DNA of 63,623 nt, counting the filler, from Phoronis australis (lineage: Eukaryota > Animalia > Phoronida), in the NCBI GenBank assembly GCA_002633005.1. It is 9 parts of 9 records of this genome, joined end to end, with 100 filler letters (N's around TTAATTAATTAA, not from the genome) between each part and the next. Parts side by side here need not be neighbours in the genome. Positions count along the whole stretch, not along the records: positions 37,767 to 44,790 come from NMRA01002082.1; positions 44,891 to 49,116 come from NMRA01000262.1; positions 49,217 to 58,839 come from NMRA01001798.1; 6 more parts are not named here. One strand, given 5' to 3'. Position 1 is the stretch's first letter. Each line of letters begins with the position of its first letter. Below the pieces are notes generated by a model. That model worked only from the letters and a program-made list of their open reading frames with translations. It searched no databases and was not told where the DNA came from. The translations under genes and the position numbers were made by a program. This document shows positions 39,481 to 51,896 of the stretch, piece by piece.

Positions 39481-40338
39481 CATTTTTCTTCTTTTTTTCT
39501 GAGTTTATGTTTCTCTGGCTCGGACCTATTTTTTGTGCCAACTACGCCAAATAGGGGAGCTCATTCGAGCCCCCCGTGGGTGCGGGCAAGCTTATGGGAA
39601 ACAAGCCTTCTGGGTAGAGCAGAATGTGTCAAAGAAAAGGTTCCTTGAATATTCCAATGGAGGGACTGTCTAGAAGTTGACTCAATAATCCCTGTATAGG
39701 GTATTCTTCAGCAAGATAGCCTGAGGTTGACGTGTCTAGTGATAATGCAGTGTAGTTCCTGGAAACTGATACTAAGACATCAAATCAGACTGTTTACACT
39801 AAAATAACGTTTCTTATTTTAGTTGATGAATAAATTGTTCCTCTTGGGAGTGACGACTAGACAATCGCAGGTTATGCAGCTCTTCTAATGAATTCCCTGC
39901 TAGTTCAGATCTACGCATATTCTGCACCCAACGCAAACATTGAACCATACATTGAGAAATAGCCTACATGCCAACAAACAATATCATCACACCGTGCAAG
40001 CTTCCAAACATTCTCCACTAAACGTGGCCACGTAAGTGCTCTTTCCCCACAACATACATACAGTAAACAAGACCAAACCAGGACACTGAGTCTTCTTTAA
40101 ATAAACACAGCTGACACTTCACTTGGATTTTGTGACATTCCTGACAGAAGATATACATAGTTCATTACTTGAATGAGTCTCATACGACCCTGGTCGTGGG
40201 TCTCAGTATTGTCAACTACTATTAACTATAACTTAGTAGGAAGGCCTACATGTACTACTACTATTATTATTCTACAGCACTACTGACTCGTATTCATTGT
40301 TCAGCATATACTTGCCAGTACTAGCAAGAAATGTGTAA

Positions 40339-41123
40339 AGAAAGTGTCTGACACAACAACATTTTGCCTATTGCCCAAAAAAAATTTCAAAAAGAAGGTT
40401 ATAACTTTCGAAGTGATGACGAAAAAATTATATTCAATGTCTTTTAAAACTACTTATGATTTCAAGTTATGTACACTGCAGTTTAAACTATTAAACAGAA
40501 TTAACCTGGTGGACTGTGATGTATGTACTTTATGTCATTCACAAAGTGAAACAGTGGATCACATCTTTTTCAAATGCAATAATATAAAAACATTGATAGG
40601 AGAATTACGCATTTGGGTGTTGTTGGTAAAAGGTATAAATATGGTTATTGACAAAAAACAATGTTTTTTGGGATGCCAATAGGTAATGAAAATAAAGTTT
40701 TAAATTGGATACTTTTGCAATTAAAACATTTTATTTACCTATCCAGGTGTAAAAAATAATCCCCAGTTTCTGTCAGTTCCTTAAGATATTAGAAAGAGAA
40801 TTTTATATTCAAAGAAGGATTATATTAAATAATGGTAATTTAGATGAATACCATGCAACCTGGAGAAACTGGTTAACCATAACTTTTGCCTGACAACATC
40901 CTACTAAGAGTAAGTTGGGGGGCGGGTGCGTGTGGCGTGTATGTAAAGGGTGAGAATGACTTGATTTTTTTCTTACGTATCTGTATTTCTGTTTTGTATA
41001 CCAAATTGTGATACTTGACGATAATTTGTTGCAACTAATGTACTTGTATACTGTATTGTTTATTGTGTCGTGTAAATTGTAAATACCCATGCTAGAGAAA
41101 ATAAAAATACTTAACTGAAAAAA
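40339..41123 (+). mobile_element. 5'-truncated L1/Tx1-clade LINE with 13-bp TSD
   Basis: QFKLLNRI..CTLCHSQSETVDHIFFKC...LNWILLQLKHFIYLSRCKK; aataaa plus A tail; TSD aagaaatgtgtaa at 40326-40338 and 41124-41136. Confidence 0.9.
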
Positions 41124-42729
41124 AAGAAATGTGTAATGAACATACACTTACCTCTCCTTATGTTTAGTCAAGCGAAACAAAGAATGCCTTTCGTAGTCTG
41201 TGTTTCCTAAAACCACAGTTGACAGCCGCACATATCATGCCTCTTTTATGTTTTTGTCAGCACCAGAAAACACCGACATTACAGTCATCCATGTTGTTAT
41301 GTTGTACGAGGACTCCTCTCAAAAGATGGCGCTAAATGTACAGCTGTGACGCATTTAGGTCAAAGTCAGACAGCTTTGGTGTATATCTTTGCTGCTATCA
41401 AAAATAAGGTCACTCTATGAACTGTCCGTGCATAACACAGTTCCCATAAGACCACGGGATTCCCACCTGGTGTGTACTGACATGCATGCCAATAAATCAC
41501 AAACGAAAAAATTGAGTAACATTTCAAGTTAGTGGGGTCGCACTTCAGGCAATACGTTCTTGTCCCAGAGGAAAGGGCGAACACAAAATCCAATAAAACA
41601 AAAGTCAATAATTCCCATAGAAAGACGTGAGAGTTACCTAAAGCTTGAAAACTTGAATACGCCCTCTACTGGACAGATGGGCGTCAGAAACCAGAGAAAT
41701 TACAAAATGGACAAAAAGGCGACTTAGAAGTGAAATTTTGCTAACGATTATTGCACCCGGCGATAGATGGGGAGTTTGAGAATACTTGACTTCGTCCTGT
41801 GTTATGGGCTCAAGAACAGAAAACTCGTTGACGATCAGTGGCAAAAGTTTCATTCAGAAATGATGAAAAATTTCGATATCGTTCTCACTCCAACAACACA
41901 ATATCCGTGAGATAAATTGTGACGTTTTTAAGGTTTTATTAAAATCAACCGAAGATTTATTGTGCTATGAACGTACTTTTCGTAAAACGAATTTTCGTTT
42001 TAGAAAGGTGATTGCTGACGTATAATATTCACAACAGCAGATGGATATAACCCCTAATCTTTTCTTCTATCACAAAATACATATTTTAACTAATTTACAC
42101 AGACTGTTTTCAATATTTGAATAAGAATGGTGGTCAGTAATTGAGGTCTGATTAAATATATGACTTGTGTTTATTGTGACTGAATCGAAAGATGTACCAT
42201 CTTCACTCAGGTAATTTGATGTAGTTAGTCCTCAGGACTAAGTCAATTGATAAAATACATTATTAAGGTACATAAAGAACACAGGTATTTCGATATATTT
42301 TCAGTAACTGGTAGGCTTTTTGTCTAAGGAAAAGAAAGTTTGCTGTTTCTTTTTCAGAAATGGGGACAATTTTCTAAGTCCCGAGAAATGTGCCGTTTGT
42401 CGACCAATTGTGTTGGCTGCAAGCATATAGCCCGAATAATAGCAGGAAGTTAAAATTTGCTAAGCTTGTGCGCACCTGCCGCCAGGTCTCCGAGCTGACT
42501 TTCGCGGATTGAAAGCGACGCAAGTTGCGATTTATCCATTTCTGGAATGGATAAAGCGCAACTTTCTGTCTGGGGAAAACTCGCAAGTACTGCCAGGCTG
42601 GGAAAGCTATCACAGTGTGAGAAATACAAGTCCCAACAAGCATTCGTCGTCACTAACCCCTAGTTGCAGTTCTCTAAGTTACGCAACTGTGTCGTTTAGA
42701 AGGCATGTATTTCGTGTCTACGTTCTACC

Positions 42730-43825
42730 CACAGGCGTTTAGGTTTATCGCAAATGACGTCACTCAATAATATATATAAGAAAACATAAAGGTTGGACAC
42801 TTAAGCCAGGCCGAGGCTCCCAACTTCAACCGTCCAAAATCCAAATAAAATCTGCGTGCACCTCCCTCAGTCTGGTGTTGCATAAACATTCGAAGCCTTA
42901 TCTTTCCTAGATCCCATTAACTGTCTTCGTGAGTGGTGAATTGGCGATGGAATTTACAAAACAATCTCAAAACTCTGAATTCAAGGACCTGAAATTGTAA
43001 ACATGGCGGATTTCAGTTGTGCTTCAACTTGTACGCCTGTCGTAGGTGAAACTTCGAGTTTGAGCAAGCAACCTATATTTCAAATTCAATAATTCTAATC
43101 CAAAGCTCAACTAATTGAGGATGTTAAAGTTAGTAGTGTAATGATTATTTGTAACTTTATTCCACTGACGGCTCATTTTAGCCCTTAACTTAGAATTTCA
43201 TTACATAAACTGGCGTATCTTGTTTCTCATCTTGACATCACGCGCTTTTTTGATTGAAGCACAACACACACTCGGCCAGGAAACGCAGTCCGTGCAAGTA
43301 TTACAATGCGCGTGGCCGACGAGTTAACTCAATGGTTTTGGCCAAACCTTCTTAAGAAATCACAGTACACAAAAACTTCGCATATCAATACAGTATCAAG
43401 ATAATTTATATTTGACACAAATATGTGAGTAATTACATTTATTTGGCAATAAAGTGCTCTCTGCTTCTCATGATCAAGTAGTCGAGGGAAAGCCGCGCGA
43501 AATTAGACTTTCGGATTTAGCTCGGGAGCGTCTGTCAAAACCCGGATGTGCGAAGACCGTCTGCCATGACATCACGGAATCACTTCCTTGAATTTGTGAT
43601 TTTGACATTCTTTTGGCATTTTTGTCGCCAAATCACCAATCGAAGGCAATTTGAAGAGATCGAACGAAAGAAAGTATTCTAAGAGTTGTCCGATGCTAGT
43701 TTCGTGGAGTTCTATGCACATTTGAGTAAAAAATTCTGAGCAAACAGATTTCGAGTGTCCAACCTTTATGTTTTCTTATATATATTATTGAGTGACGTCA
43801 TTTGCGATAAACCCAAGCGCCTGTG
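42730..43825. mobile_element. Non-autonomous DNA transposon, P-element-like (CACAGG termini), ~70-bp TIR, 8-bp TSD
   Basis: gttctacc|cacaggcgtttaggtttatcgcaaatgacgtcactcaataat ... attattgagtgacgtcatttgcgataaacccaagcgcctgtg|gttctacc. Confidence 0.88.
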
Positions 43826-44094
43826 GTTCTACCCTACATCGCGCCATATCTCTGTCGAGCGTTCGTATTCGTGGCATGTCGTCTGGCAAATATTTGAAGC
43901 CACACCCCTCTAGACACCTGCCGTGAGAAAACTGAACTAACGCAACAAAGTAGTGAGTTCATGGACGGTTTTCTCTCAGAATTAATTGGAGGTGGTTTGC
44001 TAATTGAGACCCAGAATCCAATTAGCACGGCGGTTAGCAAGCACTTGCACATTTGATGATTTGGTGATGACACTGAACAGGCAATTCCTAGGAA

Positions 44095-44790
44095 GGCTAG
44101 TTATAACCACTGTAATATTTTTAATATGACTTAGTTTTTCATCTGACCAAGCCATCAGTGGATGCAGCACCCAGTCACACAGCGGCAGTAAGTGGTCCAC
44201 CACGTCGGCGATCAGCGAAGCAGAAAGCCGGCTGAGACACAAGCAATTAATAGGAATAGCTTGCCAGGGTAGGCAAGGACTGGGTTACAAGACCGGGAAG
44301 CCAGCAAGGAAACGATCTAAAGACCCAGAGACAGAATAATTAGGGAAGTTAGATTGTCAGAGAATGAAGAATTGTATGCCCGAGCAGTCCAGATGGGTCA
44401 GCAGCGGGCGTGGTCAGAGTGGGACAAAGTCTTGCAAAGGGAAATAAAGTGGGCGGAAAATTCCTCCTTTGAAAGCAAAGCTCTTCATCAGATCTGTTTA
44501 TGATATACTGCCTACTCCCAGAAACCTTGCTACTGTCATCTTGCAGCGCGTCTTTGGCGTCAGGAAAGCACACCTACCGACACAACCAGGCACTGAAAGG
44601 TTTCGCAAGGGTGTTGGTCGATGAAGTCAAGAGTAAACCAAAGTCGAGAACCCACCGGATCGAATTCATCAGTTTCAGAAGAAGTGGCGATGAGGCAAGT
44701 AAGGGAAAGATCCCAGCGCAAAAAAGCATCCTTCACACACCCAACGACTGGAAATTGTGGGTTGATCTTGCCGGTCACCAGTCACCCTTC
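44095..44790 (+). mobile_element. Hero-clade (RLE) non-LTR retrotransposon fragment, post-RT region
   Basis: SGSKWSTTSAISEAESRLRHKQLIGIACQGRQGLG...QQRAWSEWD...IRSVYDILPTP...YRHNQAL...NDWKLWVDL; truncated by the gap. Confidence 0.8.
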
Positions 44791-44890
44791 NNNNNNNNNN
44801 NNNNNNNNNNNNNNNNNNNNNNNNNNNNNNNNNNTTAATTAATTAANNNNNNNNNNNNNNNNNNNNNNNNNNNNNNNNNNNNNNNNNNNN

Positions 44891-44953
44891 GTTAGGTAGT
44901 GCCCCCTGGGCAGCGATGTAACGATTTACAATGCCGCTTCCAGGAATCTCCAT
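44891..44953 (-). CDS. PTPN4: PTPN3/PTPN4 (PTP-MEG) PTP-domain exon, truncated by gap
   Basis: ttacag acceptor; MEIPGSGIVNRYIAAQGALPN contains the YIAxQG PTP motif and resembles PTPN4 MEIPSSSIINQYIACQGPLP. Confidence 0.9.
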
Positions 44954-45090
44954 CTGTAACGAAGAATGTCTAGTGAAACACCCAAGGCTAGCAAGAGTAG
45001 AACTATGGTGTTTTGTGAATGAAATCGAAGAGTGAATGCAGGCCGTGACAAAACAATGCAAAACTGTCAACTTTTTGAGACGTGTGTTAA

Positions 45091-45261
45091 TACTTGTTAT
45101 TGCAGACTGCTATGTCATGTTCTTCTGACTTGTGCGTACGAATTGTTAGTACTTGTTATTGCAGACTGCTATGTCATGTTCTTCTGACTTGTGCGTACGA
45201 ATTGTTGGTACTTGTTATTGCAGACTGCTATGTCATGTTATTCTGACTTATGCGTACGAAT
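45091..45261 (+). repeat. 59-bp tandem repeat, about 3 copies, intronic
   Basis: tacttgttattgcagactgctatgtcatgtt...tgcgtacgaat starts at 45091, 45150 and 45209. Confidence 0.95.
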
Positions 45262-45824
45262 ACGCTTGTTCCCCGCCTTATAAGTAGACTTGTTACTGCG
45301 TAGTTCTAGCGCCAGATGTCACTCTCTCTAGCTATATATTCTCGTGCCGCCTTTTTTGAATGTCATTCCACAAAATTAACATTTATGGTGGAGAAATGTC
45401 TACTGTACATAGTTATTTCAATGGGTTTTGGTTGGACTTGGGACGATATCGGCGTAAATACTCGTCTTTCTTGATATAAAGTAGTTTATTTGCATTTGTT
45501 ACTTTTCCCATGTTCTCACAGTGTATTAACGTTTTGAACGCTTGCTACTGTATGCCCTTTGCCCTTTGCATTATGTAACATGTAAATCTGAACATAGTTT
45601 CTTTTTGTTACATTTGAGTTTACCTACTACTGTCATAAAAGAGTAAACCCCCCCAAGTCTGTTTTGTTTTGCTCCAACAGTACTATTCCAGATATAGAAA
45701 TTACCTTGTGACTACTTGATAAGACAGAACACCCTACAAACTTTAACTTTCAAACACCATGACCAATTATCCCATAGCTGGCTGTATCTTTACTTAACAC
45801 ATTAGCTGTTACCTAAATACTTAC

Positions 45825-45892
45825 ATTCACATAGTTTGCATTGATATAATCTCCATCACACCCATTGCGTAACAACACCCTTGTTAAGTCAT
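45825..45892 (-). CDS. PTPN4: PTPN3/PTPN4 PTP-domain exon (DYINAN motif)
   Basis: ttgtag acceptor, gtaagt donor, 68 nt, (Y)DLTRVLLRNGCDGDYINANYVN; phases fit both neighbouring exons. Confidence 0.92.
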
Positions 45893-46432
45893 CTACAAGA
45901 ATAACGACATGACAAAATACTCAGTGAAAGTAAACAAGGAAGTTCACTACTTAATAATCAGATTGTACTGCAAAGTCCAGAATTCTTCTGTAGACTACAG
46001 CAAACAGTCTTCGATTTTTCAGAAAAGGTGCAATTTTCACAATTTTGGATTTACATTATGTGTACAATTACCACACAATTTCAGACGCCATTAATTATTG
46101 CAGTATTCTCATTTGTTGCGAAATCTTAAGGAAAGAACATTTACTGCATATTTTAATGAGTGCTTTCATTGGGTTACCGCATGTTAATTTTTTTTTTACA
46201 AATTTAAAAGAATCTGCTAACAATTAGAGTTTCTGGAAACACACCTTTTAACTTTAACACAGCTAAAATATTCAATTAGGCCACAACATAGGTGAACAGT
46301 ACAATTAAATTTTGTTAGTAAAATTTCGCAACAAGATTATAATTTATGCCAAAGGTTGTTACTAAATAGCATTTGCATAAATTTGAGCATTCGGACAGTA
46401 GATAATGAAGTAAGAAACTGCAAGGGACGTAC

Positions 46433-46523
46433 AAGGAGATATGTCTCTGTATCTATTCTTAGCTATATTTTCAGCTTGCCTCGCTGCCAACATCGACATC
46501 CCAGGCTTTTTTCGGTAAAGTTG
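46433..46523 (-). CDS. PTPN4: PTPN3/PTPN4 PTP-domain exon (KNRY motif), copy 1
   Basis: tttcag acceptor, gtacgt donor, 91 nt, QLYRKKPGMSMLAARQAENIAKNRYRDISP; QLYRKKPG and KNRYRDISPYD are characteristic of PTPN3/4. Confidence 0.92.
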
Positions 46524-46830
46524 CTGAAAGTATACATAAAGCAACACCAGTTAGAGTGAGAGAAGCAGAATTTTTGTCCATGCAAGTCAATGATCTATTG
46601 TTGGATGCACAGTTGTTGATAAGCTAAGAACCAGGTAATAGACAGTAAATCTTGGGGTATAAACACCATTTTACACTTTTACACATAAATGCTATAGTTT
46701 CCAGTTTCAAACACATCTAGTTAGCAAATAATTGTTTGAGAAATTATACGCAAAAAAGGCAATCGATTTATACAAAAACATAAAAATGCTGACCATCTGC
46801 AGATAACTGTAACTCATCAAGTTGATCGTN

Positions 46831-47014
46831 TTTGAGCATTCGGACAGTAGATAATGAAGTAAGAAACTACAAGGGATTTGAGCATTCGGACAGTAGATAA
46901 TGAAGTAAGAAACTACAAGGGATTTGAGCATTCGGACAGTAGATAATGTAGTAAGAAACTACAAGGGATTTGAGCATTCGGACAGTAGAAACTGTAGTAA
47001 GAAACTACAAGGGA
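46831..47014 (+). repeat. 46-bp tandem repeat, 4 copies
   Basis: tttgagcattcggacagtagataatgaagtaagaaactacaaggga; only one unit at the equivalent position of copy 1 (46382-46427). Confidence 0.95.
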
Positions 47015-47019
47015 CGTAC

Positions 47020-47110
47020 AAGGAGATATGTCTCTGTATCTATTCTTTGCTATATTTTCAGCTTGCCTCGCTGCCAACATCGACATCCCAGGCTTTTTTC
47101 GGTAAAGTTG
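47020..47110 (-). CDS. PTPN4: PTPN3/PTPN4 KNRY exon, copy 2 (probable second haplotype, or a tandem duplicate)
   Basis: Same peptide as copy 1 with one synonymous difference (GCT/GCA); flanking intron also duplicated; single N at 46830 between the copies. Confidence 0.7.
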
Positions 47111-47277
47111 CTGAAAGTATACATAAAGCAACACCAGTTAGAGTGAGAGAAGCAGAATTTTTGTCCGTGTAAGTCAATGATCTATTGTTGGATGCACAGT
47201 TGTTGATAAGCTAAGAACCAGGTAATAGACAGTAAATCTTGGGGTATAAACACCATTTTACACTTTTACACATATAT

Positions 47278-47779
47278 CAGGGCTTGGAATGACCAATGAC
47301 AAAAAACGCGGAAACTTTGAAACTCTTACGGCCCAAATCATGCCCGATAACCAGCCTTGAAATGGTCAATGTGAACCTTTCCCCGACAAAAATCGGGAGG
47401 ACTAAAAAAAAAAAAGGTTACCACCATCNNNNNNNNNNNNNNNNNNNNNNNNNNNNNNNNNNNNNNNNNNNACACATTTTCGGCTGCAGAGCGGTAGTAT
47501 TTGTCGCCGCACTTAACAATAACACAAGACGCCATTGAAAATCCCACCACGCTGTCCCAGATGCCCCGGCAATGTTGACAATTTACGTTCCTCCGAACAT
47601 AAAGAGCAACTTCCGCTTTTCTAGGTGAACGTCGTCTGCAACGCCGCGGTAAGAAAGGAATTTGCCGCGGAAATTTTATATCAAATCCGATTTTTTTACG
47701 CAGAAATATTATAAAAAAAGCGGAAAGCCCATTTGAAAAAAGCGGAAATCCGTGTTTCCGCGGAAAATTCCAAGCCCTG
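47278..47779. mobile_element. hAT-type MITE, TIR CAGGGCTTGGAAT, spanning a small gap
   Basis: cagggcttggaat ... attccaagccctg with gcggaaa subterminal repeats; no matching TSD. Confidence 0.65.
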
Positions 47780-49767
47780 AAAATAAGCGCCCAGTCCATG
47801 AATGTGTATGTGCGAAAAATGTCTTACCTCACAGTTCTAAAATTCTCCATTAATGTATTCAATTTATCAATAATATCCGACAGTCCTGAAAAATTATTGT
47901 GCGCGGAATTTCTAGTAGATCACAAGCCTCGCCCCAATGTCGGTATTTAGCCGTGGCTGCTTGGTACACTTCAAACCATTCCGCAGTGCTTTAAAAAGAA
48001 CGCAAAAGATTTGCTGATCTTGCGAGGAAAGTGTCACACTATATGGTCTGGCCCTTCGAACAGACGCAGCGTACTGGTCAAAGGGATTGGTATTGTATCT
48101 TTCCTGTACAGATTTTCTCCCACAACAGGAACCCAGATTGCTTTGTACACGTAAAATTATAAGAACCGCGAATCGAAACTTGGCCAAGAAGCGCGCGCTA
48201 GGGCCTACATGTGGGCCTGCTCAATGAGATAAATATACTACATATACAGCTCACTGAGCCTGCTACTCTGGCAAATGAACACTGATGACACGCACGCGCT
48301 CGCTCACTCGGTGCACACCTGTTGACTCACTTCAATACAAACGTCACGTGACAACAACATATGTGTTCGTCCAGATTTTTGCCGGGTGCGATCTAGCGCA
48401 GATTTTGACTTTATCTGCGGTTAATCCCGACTCCGAGTCCACAGGAACTTAAGAATCTTAGGAAAGGCTATTTGGAAAACTTAAAAGAGGATTTGAGGTA
48501 ATTTGAGTCGAAACTATTTTTACTCAAGAATTCAAGTTGTCCTAGCGACGATCGCGAAGCAGCGACGCATCAGTCGGCTAGTTTTCGCCCTGGGATTTCA
48601 GCACATTTTTTTTAAAAGATTAACAACAGAGTTTGATAGCAATGCACCACAGTTTTGTAGAAAGTCTGTCATAGGTTACACATACGTCACAGCGGAGACT
48701 GGGTTTTAACTGCCGTAGGCTACAAAAAGCGTCCCCCTGGGCGCTAATTATTAGGGCAAATACGGTAGCCCTAATAGATGGTGACATCAGTGCACGAAAC
48801 GATGATTTTTATTTAAACTATTAGCAAGTTTGTGGTGACTTGCGCCAATGGCCGGGTGACTGAACTTCGGGCGAGTAAATTTTCTGGCTCCGGCACTCGC
48901 CCAGCTGGCGAGCAGGGTTTTTCAAGACTAAAAGCCTGGGTAAATCCCTGACTTCCACACTTTTTCAAAAGAGGGAAAACTACTAAGGAATGGCTGAGGA
49001 GGGTAAAAGTCTAGTTGCCCTAAGTATTGGTATGTTTTTGGAGATCGATTCAACATCAGACAACTTGATTTTTGGTAACGTTGATAAGTCTTTTGACCAC
49101 ACCACTTTGCAGGACGNNNNNNNNNNNNNNNNNNNNNNNNNNNNNNNNNNNNNNNNNNNNTTAATTAATTAANNNNNNNNNNNNNNNNNNNNNNNNNNNN
49201 NNNNNNNNNNNNNNNNTGTGCCAAATTTGGTGAAAATCGGCTGACCCCCACCTTGCCGCTCATGGTTGGTGCTCTCGTGGACTAGTACTTAATCTACTCC
49301 ACTGTAAGCATTTCCGTGGTCTTTTATAGGGATCACTACTCACCGGCCGATTTTTACCACCGTTCAAAGAGTTTCAACGATCACTCATGAGGTTTACCTG
49401 CTTACCGATATCTAACACATTTATTTTGCCTTATTTTTATCGTACATTTAGGTCTTTGGCGGAATATGGTCTTAAATTAAAATTTCCAGGAATTTAATTT
49501 CGGAAACTAACCAGCTCGACAAAAAATCAAAGTTTTATTCCACGATATATCACACCGAATAATGTTAATTGCAGCGATACCATTGTGAATGCGTCAATTG
49601 TTTTAATGCACACCACAACACCTTAGATCAGATGTCCTGATGATCAGTCCTCTTCAAGACAGCCGTAAATCCATTGACGAAGTACAATGCTTTAAAAGAG
49701 GCCGAGTTTCTATTGCGTTCGGAGTTAGACAAGCGGCTTCTATCACCAATTCTCCATTTTTTGACAG

Positions 49768-49898
49768 TCCATGCAACATATCCGGAGCTATCCACAGCTC
49801 TGAACTGACAGCGCCCGATGAGATAGGACTATTTCGAAGACAGGCAGCCCACGAATGGGAAAAGCTGTTGCTGGCACGAGCGAAAGAGTTGGCACCAG
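49768..49898 (+). CDS. SABATH-like SAM-dependent methyltransferase (Methyltransf_7), internal exon A
   Basis: ttgacag acceptor, gtacag donor; PCNISGAIHSS...FRRQAAHEWEKLLLARAKELAPG matches the family QxxxDWxxFLxxRxxELxPGG motif. Confidence 0.85.
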
Positions 49899-50342
49899 GT
49901 ACAGTATGTTACAATGATCTTTAGTGTGTTTGGTTTCGTCTGCAAAGGGACGTTGTCCCCTTACCCTTCAAGATCTGCCTTCGTCGTCATAAGGGAAAGC
50001 AAGACCTCGCGAGATTACACGAGATATTGCGGTGTATTTTAAGTGACAACATGTGATTTTGGCTAGATTTTCTACCCGTGAGACTGATACTCAACTGACT
50101 CTACCCAAGTAACATTTGACATAAAGTGTATGCATTGTGCGACTGGCTCACAATGTCACACTTCCGATTTGGAGGTTTATTTTTATTGATTACATTTTGG
50201 TAAAAAATGTACGAAAAAGGTAGGTTTAAGTTAACTTTTAAAGTACGTTCGATATGCTATCACGACCGGTGGACGTAGGATCTGTAATAAAAAAATGCAG
50301 TGACACAAAAATGTCATGAATGACTGAATAGTGGATAAGATA

Positions 50343-50611
50343 TTTCCTGGCAGTAGAGAGAGAATCTAGACTTTGATTTTTAACGCAATACGATTATGTC
50401 ATTAATTAGCAGCTAACGTGATGATGTCTTGTTGAATAAGACGAAAGGTTGAGTCAACATGAACTTCTTTATTTGTGCGGCAATTGTCCGTTTCCAATCG
50501 TTCTTTGGCCAAACAGTGATGTGATTTCCTGAAAGTAGAGAGAGACTGTAGACTTTGATTTTTAACTCAATACGAATATATCATTAATTAGCAGCTAATG
50601 TGATGATGTCT
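50343..50611 (+). repeat. Direct repeat pair of about 88 bp, intronic
   Basis: atttcctg...tagactttgatttttaac...cattaattagcagctaa..tgatgatgtctt at 50343 and 50524. Confidence 0.85.
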
Positions 50612-51184
50612 TTTAATTAAATTAAGCAAAAATGTTCAATCATAGCAAAAGAACGGCCCAAACATGGTCAAATTATATTTCACATAATTTTTTAAAGATG
50701 AAATCTCAATAACGCTCAGCTACAGTTTTCTAAAATATTCTGTTTTGTTGTACGTAGCTTTTGACTTTTTCACAAAAATCATTAAAGTAATCATTTTAGC
50801 CCCCAGTTCAAGTGAATGTAAATTTTTAATACCAATTCTTCAGAACATTTTGGAGAACTGTGTGTATGAAGCATAACATGTGAATTTGAAGTTTCACGCG
50901 AATCCTACATGTAACAGCTATTTCTGAGATGTGGCGTTCCGAAGCTGGACTCATTTGTAGCGTGTACTAACCTCTACTTTAATTTTCAGAACCAAATTCA
51001 ACGAGTGTTCATCCATTCTGGGGGGGGGGNGGGGCGTGATCTTAGAGTCACTTGCATTGAACACGCATTGCTTCAAATGCGTCCACAACACACGTCCCTT
51101 AAAAGCAGCACTTTTCACTGGTCACGAGACCTCTGGTGCATTAATGTTTCGCCTGAGTTTTCATAATATACAAGACTCTTTTAG

Positions 51185-51324
51185 GTGGACATTTCATCAT
51201 CGGCGCCGGCATGACTGACGACGATGGACAATATATGGGGAAATCGAGGAACGCGAAAGGAAGCATGTTTCAACTGATGACTTCTCTGTGGAAAAGGATG
51301 CTGAGTGATGGTAAAATCACGCAG
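51185..51324 (+). CDS. SABATH-like methyltransferase, exon B
   Basis: ttttag acceptor, gtatta donor, 140 nt, phase 1-0; GHFIIGAGMTDDDGQYMGKSRNAKGSMFQLMTSLWKRMLSDGKITQ. Confidence 0.87.
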
Positions 51325-51474
51325 GTATTATTGGTAGTCGTTAAATAACGACAATTCTTCGAGACTTTCATTTACATGTACTTTTGCGGGGCATTCAGTT
51401 TATCTAGCCACCATCTCCCTGAGAAATCTTCAATCTGTGCCTTTAAAGGCATATCTCGCTTCCTATAAACTGTT

Positions 51475-51815
51475 TTTTGCAATCTCTCTAAGGATCTTGT
51501 TCACTGATTCGATTTCCAGCGTCAGGTTGATCTGGTTCTAGAATTAGGTCGTACATCGATGGGAGCTGTAACCTTGATCCCTGTTAAAATCGGGGCATCT
51601 GGTTTTAATGTACATAGAAGGAAGGTCAAGGAAGCCGTCTACATTAAAACCCCAATTTGAACAGGGATTGAGGGTTACAGCTCCCAGCATTGTACGACCT
51701 AGCTAGAATCAGGTCAACCTGACGCGGGAAATCCAGTGAGTGAACAAGGTCCGTAGAGAGACGGCGAAAACGTCAGACTCACCAGACTCTCAATGCTTTT
51801 CAGTTCGTGATTTAC
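51475..51815. mobile_element. Intronic fold-back Penelope-like remnant (GIY-YIG tail plus decayed hammerhead at 51736-51782)
   Basis: RRKVKEAVYIK...LNRD*GLQLPALYDL on plus; 51475-51612 is the reverse complement of 51639-51770; gagugaacaagguccgu..acggcgaaaacgucagacuc. Confidence 0.75.
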
Positions 51816-51896
51816 CTATTAAATATATACAAACCATCTGTTATTTTCATAACATCACATCAACATTTGACCCATGCTAAGCCTTTTGTACTTTAG

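Noticed and set aside
45091-47014. 59-bp and 46-bp repeats as CRISPR arrays
   Set aside because: Head-to-tail minisatellites without unique spacers, in eukaryotic introns, with no cas genes.
47828-48187. Minus-strand gtaaga donor as an upstream PTPN4 exon
   Set aside because: No PTPN3/4 similarity, the ATG frame ends in phase 2 whereas the next exon starts in phase 0, and a gap intervenes.
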